64,000 bases of DNA. It comes from Octopus sinensis (lineage: Eukaryota). Location of the stretch: NCBI RefSeq assembly GCF_006345805.1, contig NC_043008.1, positions 11,656,001 to 11,720,000 of the forward strand, read 5' to 3'. Position 1 is the stretch's first letter; the number at the start of each line of letters is the position of its first letter. Both the position numbers and the translations under genes were made by a program. Of this stretch, positions 1 to 14,306 are shown one piece after another. The notes under the pieces were generated by a model. That model had not been told where the DNA came from and ran no database searches. It was given only the letters and a program-made list of their open reading frames with translations.

Positions 1-412
1 AATAAATATCATGGATGAAGTGATTATGATATTCGTCAAAATGATTGTACAATTTAAAAAAAAGTATTCTCAGTTCTTATTCTAGATTTCGTTCGAGGTA
101 AATTCAGTTCAATGAACAATTCCTGTATTGAAATACATTATTTATTGAAAAACTCAGCATTTGAAAAACTCAGCATTTGAATATTTTCAATATAAGTTTG
201 AGACGGTAAACCGACGAAACAAAGTCTAAAGTCATTCACCTCTCATTATAGCAGTTTAGCAATGCATAGAACAATTTTAATAACTTATGCAATTCAACAT
301 GTAAATGTATAAATGGTTTATATGTTGTATATAAGAGCGACATGGTGGGCGAACTTTTAATATAGACAGACTGATATTAGCAGGTGTTTAAACAGATTGT
401 ATTTATCAATAA

Positions 413-463
<51 letters not shown>

Positions 464-640
464 ATATATGTATATTTAAATGTATATGTATATGTGCATC
501 TGTATATACCTAAGTACACACACATATATATGTGTGTATATGTTTGTGTGTGTCTGTGTGTATAGGTATGTGTGTGTATGTATGTATGTATATATATATA
601 TATATATATAGATATGCATGCATGTACATACGTATACATA

Positions 641-1250
<610 letters not shown>

Positions 1251-3275
1251 GTGAGTGCGTGTGTGTATTCTAAGGTAGATAGAAGGATAGATAACTGATG
1301 GATAGACAGAGTTCGTGTGTTGGAGCATGTTCTGTTGTGTCTGGGGAGAGTCACTTTCTGTTTATGCCAACATACTCACCGGTAAACTTTCCACTTATTC
1401 CTTATTTATCTCTCCTTTTGAATACAGTCTATATACACATACACACACCCACACACACATATATATAGATATATGCACGGCCACTCATATATAAACATAT
1501 GTATATATCTATATCTGTGTTTGTTTGTTTATAACAGTCATCATAGATACACTAAATAGATTTTGAACGTTGCTATATTGTACTACACAATATGTCTATA
1601 CATATTAGCATATCATTCCATATAATTACCTTGTGTACAACATTGTTTTCACATTAAATGTCTCCAATGAACTCTGCTACAATACGCAATTATCTCCTAT
1701 GAATTTGACATAATTCGGTAATGGTTTTAGTACCGGTGCACTTTTACAGAGAGCACGATATTACAACACATGATTCGAAGGAAGTGCATTCTGTTCTTAA
1801 GCTATTGCGTTTACATCAGTTTGTTATATACGGTGTTTTCTTTTAGATTATAAATACACAATATAGTGGAATTTAGTGTAATATAAACATACTCAACACA
1901 CACATACATAAGCACTCTCCCACTAACACAATCATAGGCATGTTATACATAAATATTCTGTATTATATCAAATGCTAGTGAAATTGCTACTGTCATGCCA
2001 TAAGGCGCATCTGTTTTCATCTGAAACAAAATACTTGCGTACGTCACTCTGTGTTGTTTTAAAATTATTTTGTTGACATTTCCTCTCATGATAATCAAAT
2101 TGGGTGTTAATATATAACGTTTTTTCCCCCCTTGGAAACTATTAATGTTTTGAGGAAATAAAATATTTTTTGAACGCTTCCTTTGTGTGATGTATGATTT
2201 TTTTCCTATTTTCTGTCCTGTTTTTTTTTTAAAAGTAGAACTCGCAATATCCTGCGCAATTTTATATCTCTGAGTAACTTGAAGAAAAATAAACAAACAG
2301 TGTTTCTTGTTACAAAACATTCAGAGGAAAATCTGAAACTTTAGGAATTAGTTTTTATGGCAATATTTTAGGGGAAATCCAATTAACTTCGTAATGTTCT
2401 TTCTGCTGAGATCGAGTTCGTAGCATCTCTGAATTGATCAACAACGTTAGTTGTGGTGAAAAGATTGAAATATGCAAAAAAAAAATAAGATCTTCGATAG
2501 ATGCGCTCATGTATAAGCCCTTAATTAGGAACGAACTTGATAAGGCCAAAGGTAGATAAATCTTAATTAGTAAACATTCGCAGGTTCTGGGGAAAAAGAA
2601 AGGAAAATGTGCATCGAGTCTTGAATGAATTCAGCAAACTATCGCAAAATGCATATAAAGCATAGACACGTGCCAGTAAAACAGCGAATTGGAATGTTTT
2701 GTAAAATTTGTGGAAGAGATGTAACAGAAAATTGGTATGAGCAATAGTCAGGGGTTGTGATGGTGAATAATATTTACAGACGATACCATTCACCACGTCT
2801 GTAAGGAGTTTACTTGTGTTAAATATAAGCAAGGACATGGCTGTATAGTTAGAAAGTTTGATATGCAACGCATAAACTTTTGCTCCAATTGTACCTGCAA
2901 CTCAACCTCTTCTGGTGCATTTTGTTTTTTATGTACACAACAGGTTGCGAGGGAACCTCGATAGAGAAAACCTGTACACATTTACAGCAAAAACGCTCAT
3001 ATTTATCCATACAGATAGAGTTACATATACGTACATGTATATATGTGAATGAGTGTGCGGGTATGTATATTTAAAGGAAGGTATGTCTCTCTCGTTCTTT
3101 TGTTATATGCTGTTGCAAGAATAATGCCGAATTGTATCCAATTAAATTGAAAATTAGGTCAGTGATAGTACGTTATCGATAGAATGAATACCAGGCTGGA
3201 ATTAGTACAGGACCCTATAAAAACCCTTAAATACACTTCAAGCTTCTGGTCCAACATGACCATAATTCTTTACTG

Positions 3276-3839
3276 TTGGGTTGTCCGGAAAGTTCGTTTC
3301 GATTTTTAAAGGAAAGTAAAGGTCAATAAATACTTGCCATTACATTTTTAATCAACCAAATATGAACCATTTTTTGCACAATGCGTCACCATCTTTCCTT
3401 TAACTTGAAAATATCCTCTTCCCAGAATTGAGGTAGTTTCGTGGCAAAGTATCCATCAAGGTATCTTTTTACGTCATCCAAGGAATTGAAATTTTTACCA
3501 TTAAGACTATCCTCCAGAGACCTGAGTAAGTAGAAATCCGAAGGAGCAATATCTGGTGAATATGGAGGGTGGGGTAACACATCGCAGTCGATCTGCAGCA
3601 ATTTTTATCTGTTTCCCAAAGCATCAAGTGCCGAAAAAGAACTTTCTCATCTTCCATTTTAAAGTGTTACAGAATTAACACAGGTAATAGGAACATAAAC
3701 CTTCTTCCACGAAAAGCTAGCTTTAAGTGTGCTCTAAATGGAGATGTAGTCAAATCCTATTTTATGGACTCACGCATGTTCTAAAATGATTCGAAGGGTA
3801 AGCTACTATAAATCGGCACAAACTTTCCGGACAGCCCAA
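3276..3839 (-). mobile_element. Internally deleted mariner element (MITE-like, both TIRs present)
   Basis: About 30-bp TIRs: TTGGGTTGTCCGGAAAGTT at 3276 and AACTTTCCGGACAGCCCAA ending at 3839, followed by TA. The minus strand joins a transposase N-terminus (MEDEKVLFRHLMLWE) to the C-terminus HPPYSPDIAPSDFYLLRSL...KLKERW (mariner YSPDLAPSD motif). Confidence 0.92.
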
Positions 3840-3864
3840 TAATTTTTCTCAATGAATAGTAACA

Positions 3865-4080
3865 TTTTCTGCTATAGACACAAGGCCTTAAATTTTGAGG
3901 CGTTGGAATAACACGATTATATCGACGCTATCGCTCGACTGCTACTTAATTTGTCGATCCCGAAAGTCTAAAAGCTAAGGTCAGCCGCGGCAGTGATTGA
4001 ACTCAGATCGTAAAGGCAGACGAAAATCCCAGTAAGCATTTTGTCCAGCGTGCTAATGATTCTACCAGCTCCCTGCCTTA
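3865..4080 (-). mobile_element. tRNA-derived SINE family B, diverged copy
   Basis: Degenerate match to the 37245-37475 head (TGAACTCAGA..GCAGACGAAA..AAGCATTT), with the alternative tail also seen at 61990-62190. Confidence 0.7.
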
Positions 4081-4650
4081 CACTCTCAACGAATGCTAAT
4101 GTAGGTTATAGATAGTAAAACGAAGAAAACACGGATAATTTATTCAACGACATGTATTCATAGACATCTGTCTAGGAATTAAATTCCTGCCGACGTAAAC
4201 TAGAATTCATTTAATGTTAATTTGAATAATGCCTTGGATTTGTAAAGATAGAATTGAGTATTTCATCTTCATGTATTCTAGGTCTGAACTCCATCACATG
4301 CTCTCACCATATTCAGACGCCGATGTAAATCTGACCCGCGGCTAGGAGTATATATTTACAGCAAGCCATAACATTTCTATTATTGTATCACTTGTATTGT
4401 ACATAAACAGTGCAGAACATGCGATAGAAATGCAAGTACAGACATTAAGAAGTTGTGTCGTATGGCTGTTTTAAAATTGAACCCTTCTGATGGGTAAAGT
4501 AGACGCGGGATTTTACGCTGGTGCACAAGGAAGAAACAAAATAATGTAAAGCAGTTTAATATTTTCTGAATAATATTGCGTTCTGAGTCATGAAGTATCG
4601 ATTTGGGAGATCAAATTTCCCCATGAATTGTTCAAGGCAACATCTAGCTC

Positions 4651-4794
4651 TCAGTCATCATCATCACCATCGTTATCATCATCATGGCCGTCGTCATCGT
4701 CGTCGTCATAATCATCTTCATCATCATCGTCATCATCGTCTTCTCCGTCCTCGTCGTCTTGCTCGTCGTCGTCGTCGTCGTCTTCATAATCATT

Positions 4795-4827
<33 letters not shown>

Positions 4828-4842
4828 GACATTATCGTCATC

Positions 4843-4889
<47 letters not shown>

Positions 4890-5091
4890 CATCATAATCA
4901 TCATCATCATCGTCATCATCATCATCATCATCATCATCATCACTATCGTCGTCGTCGTGATTATCATCATCATCATCATCATCATCGACGTTTTGGTCGT
5001 CGTCGTTATTATCATCATCATTGGTGTTATCCACACTATAAGCGTCATCATCATCTTCGGCCTCATGATTTTCATAACCTTCATCATATTT

Positions 5092-5130
<39 letters not shown>

Positions 5131-5190
5131 GTCGTCATCGTCGTCGTCGTCACCATCATCATCTTCATCATCACCATCGTTATCATCTTC
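4651..5190. repeat. Compound (CAT/CGT)n trinucleotide microsatellite
   Basis: Direct reading; explains the poly-His, poly-Asp, poly-Met and poly-Ile pseudo-ORFs. Confidence 0.97.
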
Positions 5191-6376
5191 CTTTTCCACG
5201 CTTCCACCTACCGCATCCATGTTTATACTCACCATAACCAAACAAATACTCTCACATCTCTATTAATTCTGTAAATATATCCTGACACCACAAGTCAAAC
5301 TTGCTCACGTGATTTTTCTATCACAACTCTCAGCAGGGTGTAATATGCATCGCTCGGATGGCAGCAACACCGACCACTGAGAAAGGAATATGGAAATTTA
5401 GGTCAACCCACAATTAATGAAACGAAAATCGGTCACCTGACACAATTAAAATAAATTATTTTGCACCCTGCCCCGAACGCTCCCAAGTCCTTACCATCAA
5501 ATACGATCTTTATATCTAAAATTTACCGTGTTTCTAGCTTTGGTATGTGGAGAGAATTATTTAGAAATCAGCTTTCGGTATTTTTCAAAGTGCATATTTC
5601 TTACAAAGAACTGTTTACCAAAAATCGGCTTTTGCGATTAGGCGTTCGGAATGAGAAAAGTATTTTCCCCCCTCCACCTGTTCGTGTCCATTAAGCAAAT
5701 TTGATTCATATCTACGCGGACCACCCTCGTAATTAAAAGCCGTCGTGGCGTAGATAAATATTTTGTATTGGCGATTTAGAATATATTTAAGTGGTTTGAA
5801 AAATATATGTTATGTATCGCATAATGGAAATAGCTAGGAAAATAATTTAGAAAACAGTCATTTGACGCACTCGGAAATAATAAATATGGAAAAATAGTAC
5901 TTAGGGAGGCTTATGCACAAAAAAACGTAGTAAAGTATATGTGAAAATACATAATGCGTTAATGCAATTAATGTTATTTAATTAAAAAATCAGCCACGGT
6001 GAAGCTATGATAGAGAGAGAAATTACGCTCATATACATTCAATAAAAACTGAAAACCAGTTGTTAAAAGGGTTGATGTACTACAAGAGTACTGAAACGTG
6101 CCCGGAAATGTTACCTTAATAGTGAACGATTAAATTTATTACTATTCACATTGTGTAATATATTTATGTGTATGAATTTAAAATCTGTACATGCACAAGC
6201 ACACACACAATCATGCAAATACACACACATACACACAGACAGTTCCTAGATGAGACTCAAATATTCTCCGTATAGTAGTACTCAAGGGGGGCACCATTAA
6301 TTGCTCTCTCACTCAATTCTCTGTATCATTTGTACTCAGTATAAGTTGGACCTTGTCATATGTATACATATATACA

Positions 6377-6463
<87 letters not shown>

Positions 6464-6494
6464 ATCTATCTATCTATCTATCTGTACCCATATA

Positions 6495-6552
<58 letters not shown>
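6377..6552. repeat. (TCTA)n + (TA)n microsatellite
   Basis: Direct reading. Confidence 0.97.
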
Positions 6553-6556
<4 letters not shown>

Positions 6557-6695
6557 TACATATATATGTAGATATGCACATATATGTATATATGCATATA
6601 TTAATATATTATTTATATTATATAATCAAACGCCACACATCTTTTTCAAAGTACGTTTTGTCAATACACACACACACTCACATACATATATATAT

Positions 6696-6896
6696 GCACA
6701 GGCGTGGTTGTGTGGTAAGTATCTTGCTTAGCAACCGCATGTTTCCGGGTTGAGTCCAAATTTGTGGCAACCTGAGTAACTGTCTTCTACTATAGCTCCG
6801 GGCCGACCAAAGCTTTGTGAATGGATTTCGTAGACGGAAACTGAAAGAAGCCCGTTTTAAAGAGACCTATAGAATAAGTACTAGGCTTACAAAGAA
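6696..6896 (+). mobile_element. SINE family A, internally deleted
   Basis: TGGTTGTGTGGTAAG A-box, GGTTGAGTCC B-box, then TGTCTTCTACTATAGC..GACGGAAACTGAAAGAAGCCCGT joined to AGAATAAGTACTAGG. Confidence 0.8.
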
Positions 6897-6897
6897 A

Positions 6898-7062
6898 CTT
6901 TTTATTTTTTATTTTTTACTTTTTTTACTTTTTATTTTTTATTTTTTACTTTTTATTTTTTATTTTTTATTTTTTATTTTTTATTTTTTATTTTTTATTT
7001 TTTATTTTTTATTTTTTACTTTTTATTTTTTACTTTTTATTTTTTATTTTTTACTTTTTATT
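6898..7062. repeat. (TTTTTTA/TTTTAC)n T-rich tandem repeat
   Basis: Direct reading, period about 7. Confidence 0.93.
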
Positions 7063-8108
7063 AAAATTTTATTAAAATTTTATGTATTGATTAAGTCTTT
7101 CCTTGTTTGTTTTGCAAAATAGTGGTTTTGTCTCTAATTAATATTATATAATATTTTACTATAAAATTGGATTTAATCCTAAATCTGATTTTTTTCCCTG
7201 TAAATTTGGATTTATTCCCTAATATTTATTATATATATATATATATATATAGATATATGTATATGTACACACACACATATATATACATATGTACAAGCAA
7301 CTTTATCTAACATGCATTTAACAATTTCGTTGAAAATCTTCCTTAAGTTACATACACATGTTATAATAAACTATTAGCATATCAATCACTGCAGATCTAC
7401 AAAATATATATTGACAATGAAAAATTTAACAAATTTGGAATAAAACGATAATGTTGAGTTTTTTTTTTTGTTTTCTCCTAAAGATAATCAATTGAACCTC
7501 CACGCTGTCATATGACCATACGAATTCAGCCGGAAAATATTATTAGATCATGTTTTGCCAATATCACTTCGAAATCTGTATTAATATGTGCCTGTGTTTT
7601 GCATATTATATTTCTTATATCGACTGACATTTTGTATGCTTCTTTGAAAACAATATGTATTGTAAAGGATTTTGAAGAAGCTGTGCTGTGATGTTATGCA
7701 CCATTAAACAAGTTACTGAGTCAGTAGTTCCCAAATGATGGATAAAACATCTGAATAGTATTATATATTTACCAGTTTATAATAATTCAATCGTTTTTTG
7801 TTTTTTTTACAGCAAGTCATATTTGTCAATACCAAGTCTAGCGAAATTTTGGAAATTTACATTATATTTTCCTATTCCTTCGTAAATAATTACGTTAAAG
7901 CATGCAGAAATGATTTTAACATGTTTTACTATTTTTCAGTATAAAACATCCGTTACATCCCCTCTTCTACTGATTTTAATAAATGAAAAAAGCACACACA
8001 TACACACACCCATCTCATAGAATCTATATTCATACATGGACCTCAATACATACATACTTGTATACCTGTCGTTCTATCCATCTATCTAGATGTTTATATA
8101 TGTATCAA

Positions 8109-8182
<74 letters not shown>

Positions 8183-9031
8183 TAATTAGATTTTCCTGAC
8201 CTGGTAGTATCTGTAGAAACGATGGGCGTCGCGACATCAAACAGACGTTGAAAATCCTTCACGGAGGTCAAGACCACAGTAATCACTATGGTACATAGCA
8301 GGGATCATGATGATGATAACAATATGTATAATCTTGTTGATTATTAGTTCTATGCCATCTCATCTGTTGAGTAACAACGTCTACGTATCCTTGATCCTCC
8401 TTCTTCTTTAAGAAAATTACGCTCGTTTGAAGAGAATGTCGTAGATAAACCCAGCAGGTCAAATGACATGGTAGATTGTCCGCCTCTTGATTACTACTGT
8501 AATAATATCATTGTTCAATGATAAGCTGATATCGTTGAATGCACAATTATGCAGATGGATTTAAGTCCAAACATATTCAATTGTGAAATTGTCCTTAATT
8601 CCATCACTCTTTCTCAACCCTATGACTTCCTCTCTTACTTCCTTAAGTTTCCATTTCTCCCCCCCTCTCTCTCTCCCCTATGCACTTCGCAATATGCTAC
8701 ACTTTATACTATTCTGTCAACGAACGTCATGTCTCTACTGTCAGCCAGTCTGCCATGTACAAGGTAAATATGCGACATTAACTTATAGGTTTCCACGTTG
8801 CCTATAGAAGATTATTACTCGAAGCCAACATTGGATATCAATGCTAACCATGAAAGATAAACGAATAAAGAAACTAAGAAATACCGTACATTTTCGAGAA
8901 AAAATCCCTCGGTTGGAATAAAGCCATTATTGCTAGATATTAATAGAAAACGTTGTAGAAAGATGATTACAGTGAAAACAAGAGATCATCACAGATGTCT
9001 GTGGACTGACTATATCGAAGAACTGACTGGA

Positions 9032-9727
9032 AATACGGTCATTCGGAATGCTCACAGCAGCCATATTCCTACCGCTCTATGTCACGCTGGTGAGACCCAT
9101 ATTGGAGTACGGGATTCAAGCCCCTTCTTATCTCCTCAAAGACGTACAGCATCTCGAAAGAGTCCAGAAACTGACGACCCGCATGGTTCATGGTCTCAAG
9201 AATTTGTCTTATGAAGAAAGGCTGAAGACGCTCGACCTTTATTCTCTAGAAAAACGACGACGCCGTGTTGATCTCATTGTTGCTCACAACATCATAAGCG
9301 GAAAGTGTAACCTCTCGAAAGACCTGTTCTTTCGATTCCACGCACGGTTCGGCGGCGGAGACGCGGGCGACCGGCGCAGGCCTTGCGCAGGCCTGCCGCT
9401 ACATCGCGCTAGCCGCAGTTTTCGTCATCTTTCGGGATTTTACGGGACGTACCAGAGCGTCGGCTGCGCGGTCATTCCGAAAAGCTCTATCTGCGACAAT
9501 TTCACCTCAATCGAAGAAGAGGGGCTTTCTCCGTCCGGGTTGCGGATCCGTGGAATAAACTACCGGACGAGATAGTGAAGATGCCAACGACCGCTATGTT
9601 CAAAGTCTCCCTTGACCTCAAGTGGCCTGAACTCTTTACATGAACACCACCCTGTACATAACTCCATGTCCCCCTACATAGCCTTGCTTTTCGCTTTTTG
9701 AGCCCCAAAATTAACTAACTAACTAAC
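9032..9727 (+). mobile_element. 5'-truncated CR1-clade LINE 3' end (ORF2 C-terminus, 3'UTR, (TAAC)n tail), interrupted by a GC-rich insert
   Basis: LYVTLVRPILEYG..LERVQK..LSYEERLKTLDLYSLEKRR, then in a shifted frame PERRLRGHSEKL..FSVRVADPWNKLPDEIV..FKVSLD, stop at 9641-9643, TAACTAACTAAC tail. These are typical CR1 C-terminal motifs. Confidence 0.92.
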
Positions 9728-11129
9728 AAAGTACGTGACTGATTGTGTGCATACAGTGCAACACAAAGTAAGAGGTGTCTTATGAAACCAGCCACAAGCT
9801 GATGATCTCATTAGTACCCCTTGCTGGAAAATATGACTCGCGCTGGAAAATATGACCTTTTCATTAGAAGGAGCAGAGTTAATACTTCTAGTCGTTATGA
9901 ACTTTGTTCAAATAACGAATTAAATATCAATGTTCACAGGATTTGAATTCAAGAATTTGGGGCTAACGAACTCAATCACCGTAAAATTGCAACAAATAAT
10001 GTGCTTCATTGAACCACTTTAAAGATATGAAAATATATGTTAAAATTGTATAAATATTTCCGTTATGATATTCTGTATTCAGAATATTTCTCGTCAATTT
10101 CCCTACGCTTGTTCACAGTGATAACTACATTTTGGACATAAGCGTAAATATGGCGATAACAATCATGTACAAAATTACTTCTAGCAAGGCATGACAATAA
10201 CTGCTAAGAAATACAAAATATTATGACGTAGATGTTTTCTGAAGTTATTTTCGTTAGCCATATTTAACATTCACTGAACCGTTTAAAATTTTTTCTCACT
10301 TATTGTAAGTGAACATATTTGGCTTATTTCAACAAATATTACAAAGTTTAACAAAAGTAATATTATAATTTTTTTCAAAAATATCTGAATGTTCGTTATA
10401 TTTCTAATCTAAATTTTCACTGCATGATTTTGAACTGTTTTCTAAATCCTGCTACAACCGCCTCAGGAAACAAAATGTGCAAAATATTTATCGTATTAAA
10501 CAAACGTTTATATATTCTTTTCAATGAATAAACACTAGAGAATTGAGTCTTCAAATGTTTCCAAAGTTCTTTTCTTTTGCAATATTATGCATCCAAAGCT
10601 TCCTTGAATACAGGTGAAATATTCAAAGATTCCTAAAATAAAACAAAATGGTTGACATCTCGAAATAGTTACTTTATATCCTGCAGGTGGGATTTCAATT
10701 ACAAAGGTCGAGTGAGCTTCAACTAAATAAAGTACATTACGGATAATTAAATGTAAGGATTCATTATTTGTTTTGTAATGTTTTCTCATTTCGATTCAGA
10801 AATAAATTAGGCACGGACATATAAAACCTTTAAGTAACAATCCGTTGAATTACTCTATAGAAACATAAAGTGCAGTAGTGTATTTAGTCAGATCAATTAG
10901 CTTGTTATGTTGCCCTTAATACAGCGTCCAACCCCCTTTTTTGTGACAACTCAAAGTGTGCGAAGAGACAGACACTATTCTTCTTATTTTGAACATATTC
11001 CGAGATAACAAAAATATTACAAAAAGTTTACAAACACTGCGTAAAAACGTTGAAAATTCTCCCGATAGAATAAGGATAATAACGGTTTCCCAGCAATTCC
11101 GGGAGGTGGTAAGTAGATTTCACCTATCC

Positions 11130-11280
11130 CAGTGCTCAAATGATATTTATTTTATCGACCGCGAAAGAATAAGGGGTGAAGTTGACCTCGGCGGATTGTG
11201 AACTGAAAACAGAACGATGAATGAAATGCCCCTAGGCATTTTGTCCGGCGTGCTAATGATCATACCAGCACGCTGCTTTA
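11130..11280 (-). mobile_element. SINE family B fragment
   Basis: TTTATCGACC..GACCTCGGCGGATTGTGAACT..GGCATTTTGTCCGGCGTGCTAATGAT matches the family B head. Confidence 0.7.
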
Positions 11281-11289
11281 TATGACATA

Positions 11290-11800
11290 CTAAATATATC
11301 TAACAGGCTAAACAGAACTGGATGTGGATACAACAGATACGGCAAAACAATCCACCAGCTTTTGTATATGGATACTCTAAAGCTGTACGCTACAAATGAT
11401 AAACAGCTGGAAACATTAATACAGACAGTACATGGATTTACCAAAGAAATAAATATGAAATCTAGTTTAGAAAAATGTGCCAAAGCAACCTTGAAAAGAA
11501 GAAATCTAGTTGACAGTAACAACATCACACTAGATGAAGCAAATGGAACAAGAAAATTAGACCAAAACCAGACATACTTATGAATGAATGAACTAGATAC
11601 GATACAACACATACAAATGAAAGAGAAGATAAGAAAGGAATATTATAGACAAACTAGATAAATATAGAAAACGGAGCTCAAAGCGAAAAACAAGATAATA
11701 GGTTTCAACAATCTAGACGTCCCAGTTATTAGTTATAGCTACAATATTCATATGAAGTAATCAAAATAGACAGGACAACATGAAAAATAATGACTGGATT
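11290..11800 (+). mobile_element. R4/Dong-clade LINE reverse transcriptase fragment (decayed)
   Basis: HQLLYMDTLKLYA (degenerate LYMDDLKLY), SLEKCAK, EKIRKEYYR..TELKAKNKII..VPVISYSY; stops and frameshifts present. Confidence 0.85.
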
Positions 11801-12552
11801 ACCTACAAGTCACCAATCTATTTTTGACCTATCTCATCTTCGGCTTAAATAACAGCAGTTCGTGTTCCTTTATCCGTTCTAAATTATATATCTGACACCA
11901 GTATATTTCCGATTCGAATGTATGCTAAATACTCTGTTTATACTCGTTTTATCTAACACACTATAACGGTTTCTGAATTTTGCACCTACTGCATCCTTTA
12001 CATAATTACATTTCTCTGAGTTTCTTACCTGGCACACGCTATTTCTAGACGAATAACTCTATATATGTTCGTAGATATGCAAATTAAATACCAAGTATTT
12101 ATCATGCACGAAATCTTTAAAATGATATGGCAATTATGCGCACTTTTCTAAATATATGATTTATGTTGATATATTAATAACGTAAAATTCTTCAAGATGT
12201 AAACTAGATGCATATTGTATGTACTGAAATATTGTATGTTTTCCTAACACGAATCCATGCTGCTCTGCCTTGTGGCTCAGCCTGCAATAAATTGCATTAG
12301 AATCTTTATTAAATATATCTCAAATAATTCAAATTAGAAAATATTTTCTGAGCAATGTAATCTTCAGTATATTAGGTCTGGAGCGAAAAGAACGGTCACG
12401 CTTGAATCAAATGTTAACGACATTGAAGGGAGGAGATCTATCAACAACAGGCTGTGTGATGAAAATTTGATTTGTGGCTTTTGCTTCCGGAGAAGATTTT
12501 GTTTTAAAACTGAAGGATTTTTGTACGTAAAGTAATATCGTTTACCTTTAAT

Positions 12553-12760
12553 CGTTTACTTATTTCAGTCATTAGACTGCGGCCATGCTGGAGTATCGCC
12601 TTAGAGAATTTTTAGTAGTAGGAATCCATCCCAGTACTAATTCTTTTAAAGCCGGCTTCTCATTCTATCAGTCTCATTGCTGAACCGCTAACCTATGGGG
12701 ACGTAAACGCACCAACACAGGCTGTCAAGCGTTGGTAGGGGACAAGCAGACACAAAGATT
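12553..12760 (-). mobile_element. SINE family A, 3' half
   Basis: TTTCAGTCATTAGACTGCGGCCATGCTGGAG tail stem-loop and body match other family A copies. Confidence 0.75.
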
Positions 12761-13044
12761 ACCCCCCCCCACACAGACACACACATAGTAAAATGTCAGA
12801 AAGGTGTGAGTGTTCAATATGTTCAATCAACCAGTTGACATCGTTAGGATGTCGGCTCTTTTACAGCCTCCAACATGTAGTATTGATGTCATTGCATAAT
12901 AAGTTATTCTACATTTCATCTCAAATATACATGCCACACATTGGACAGTATTATCGTACATTTACAAATCAGTGCAGCTAGAGAAGGCTAGATCTTCAGA
13001 TCACAATAACTTGGTTGTGGTTGCATCAATGTTTCAACATCTCC

Positions 13045-13086
13045 CACTCTCTCTCTCTCGCTCTCTCTCTCTATCCATCCATCCAC

Positions 13087-13175
<89 letters not shown>

Positions 13176-13180
13176 GTCTG

Positions 13181-13258
<78 letters not shown>

Positions 13259-13263
13259 CATAC

Positions 13264-13294
<31 letters not shown>

Positions 13295-13323
13295 AAAGAA
13301 ACATGTTGTATATGTATATGTAT

Positions 13324-13365
<42 letters not shown>
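13045..13365. repeat. Compound (CT)n/(TCTA)n/(TA)n/(TG)n microsatellite
   Basis: Direct reading. Confidence 0.95.
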
Positions 13366-13372
<7 letters not shown>

Positions 13373-14240
13373 GGCATGTTTCTTTCAGTTTCCACCAGTC
13401 AAATCCACTCATATGCATATGGTTGGCCCGCGGCTATATTAGAAGGCCTGAACTCGGAATACTTTGGCTGGGGAACAAAGTTTTAACCTTATAGCTTCGC
13501 TTGCACCTTACATTCATTCTATTTTCCTTCAGGATTCACACATCACTAACTCGTTGAAATTTAAAATGGAATCAATAAAACAAGATCCTAAGAGTATTAG
13601 AGCGAAACGAAAATATATGTGATGAACAATAATCTTAATAAGCGAGTGCGGTGTGTGTGAAAGTATTTGAGGAAAGAGGAAATTAGTATACATGAAAACA
13701 TGTTGCTGTGATCCACACTCATATCTTTCCTGAAGTATATTTCCTAGTCATATGTACTTGTAGTTTCTGCAATAACAACGTATGTATTCGAACGGATATA
13801 CGCTTCTTTACTGATATGGAAATATGCATATCTGGATGTACTCATTAATGCATAAATCTATATCCGTATCTATACGTATTTTCGTCTCTACATACGTGCA
13901 CACGTACATACAAGTGTACACGTATCCGTGTTTTTGTAAGCACAAGTATCCATGTGTACGTGTGTGTGTGTGTGTGTGTATGCATGAAACATTTTGTAAA
14001 TACATGTATGCATTGCATTTGCTTGCATGTGATAGTTCGCGTATTCACCTACATTCGTACGTGCAGTGGCACGTATCATATATATGTATAACACGTATGT
14101 GCACTCATAGACATAATTATAGAAATTCATTCATATGAGCAATCCCTTATAATCATCGGTACGCTCGTCTAAATAAAAGTGAGTGAACATGTACATTGTG
14201 ATTGAAATATATATGCATGTTTGTATGTGTATGCATGTAC

Positions 14241-14306
<66 letters not shown>

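Noticed and set aside
4590-5274. Long His-, Asp-, Met- and Ile-rich ORFs
   Set aside because: Open in several frames on both strands only because (CAT)n lacks stops; no non-repetitive coding context.
5334-5760. Short inverted repeats (GCAGGGTG..CACCCTGC; TATCTACGC..GCGTAGATA)
   Set aside because: Arms of 8-12 bp without TSD or further copies can arise by chance.
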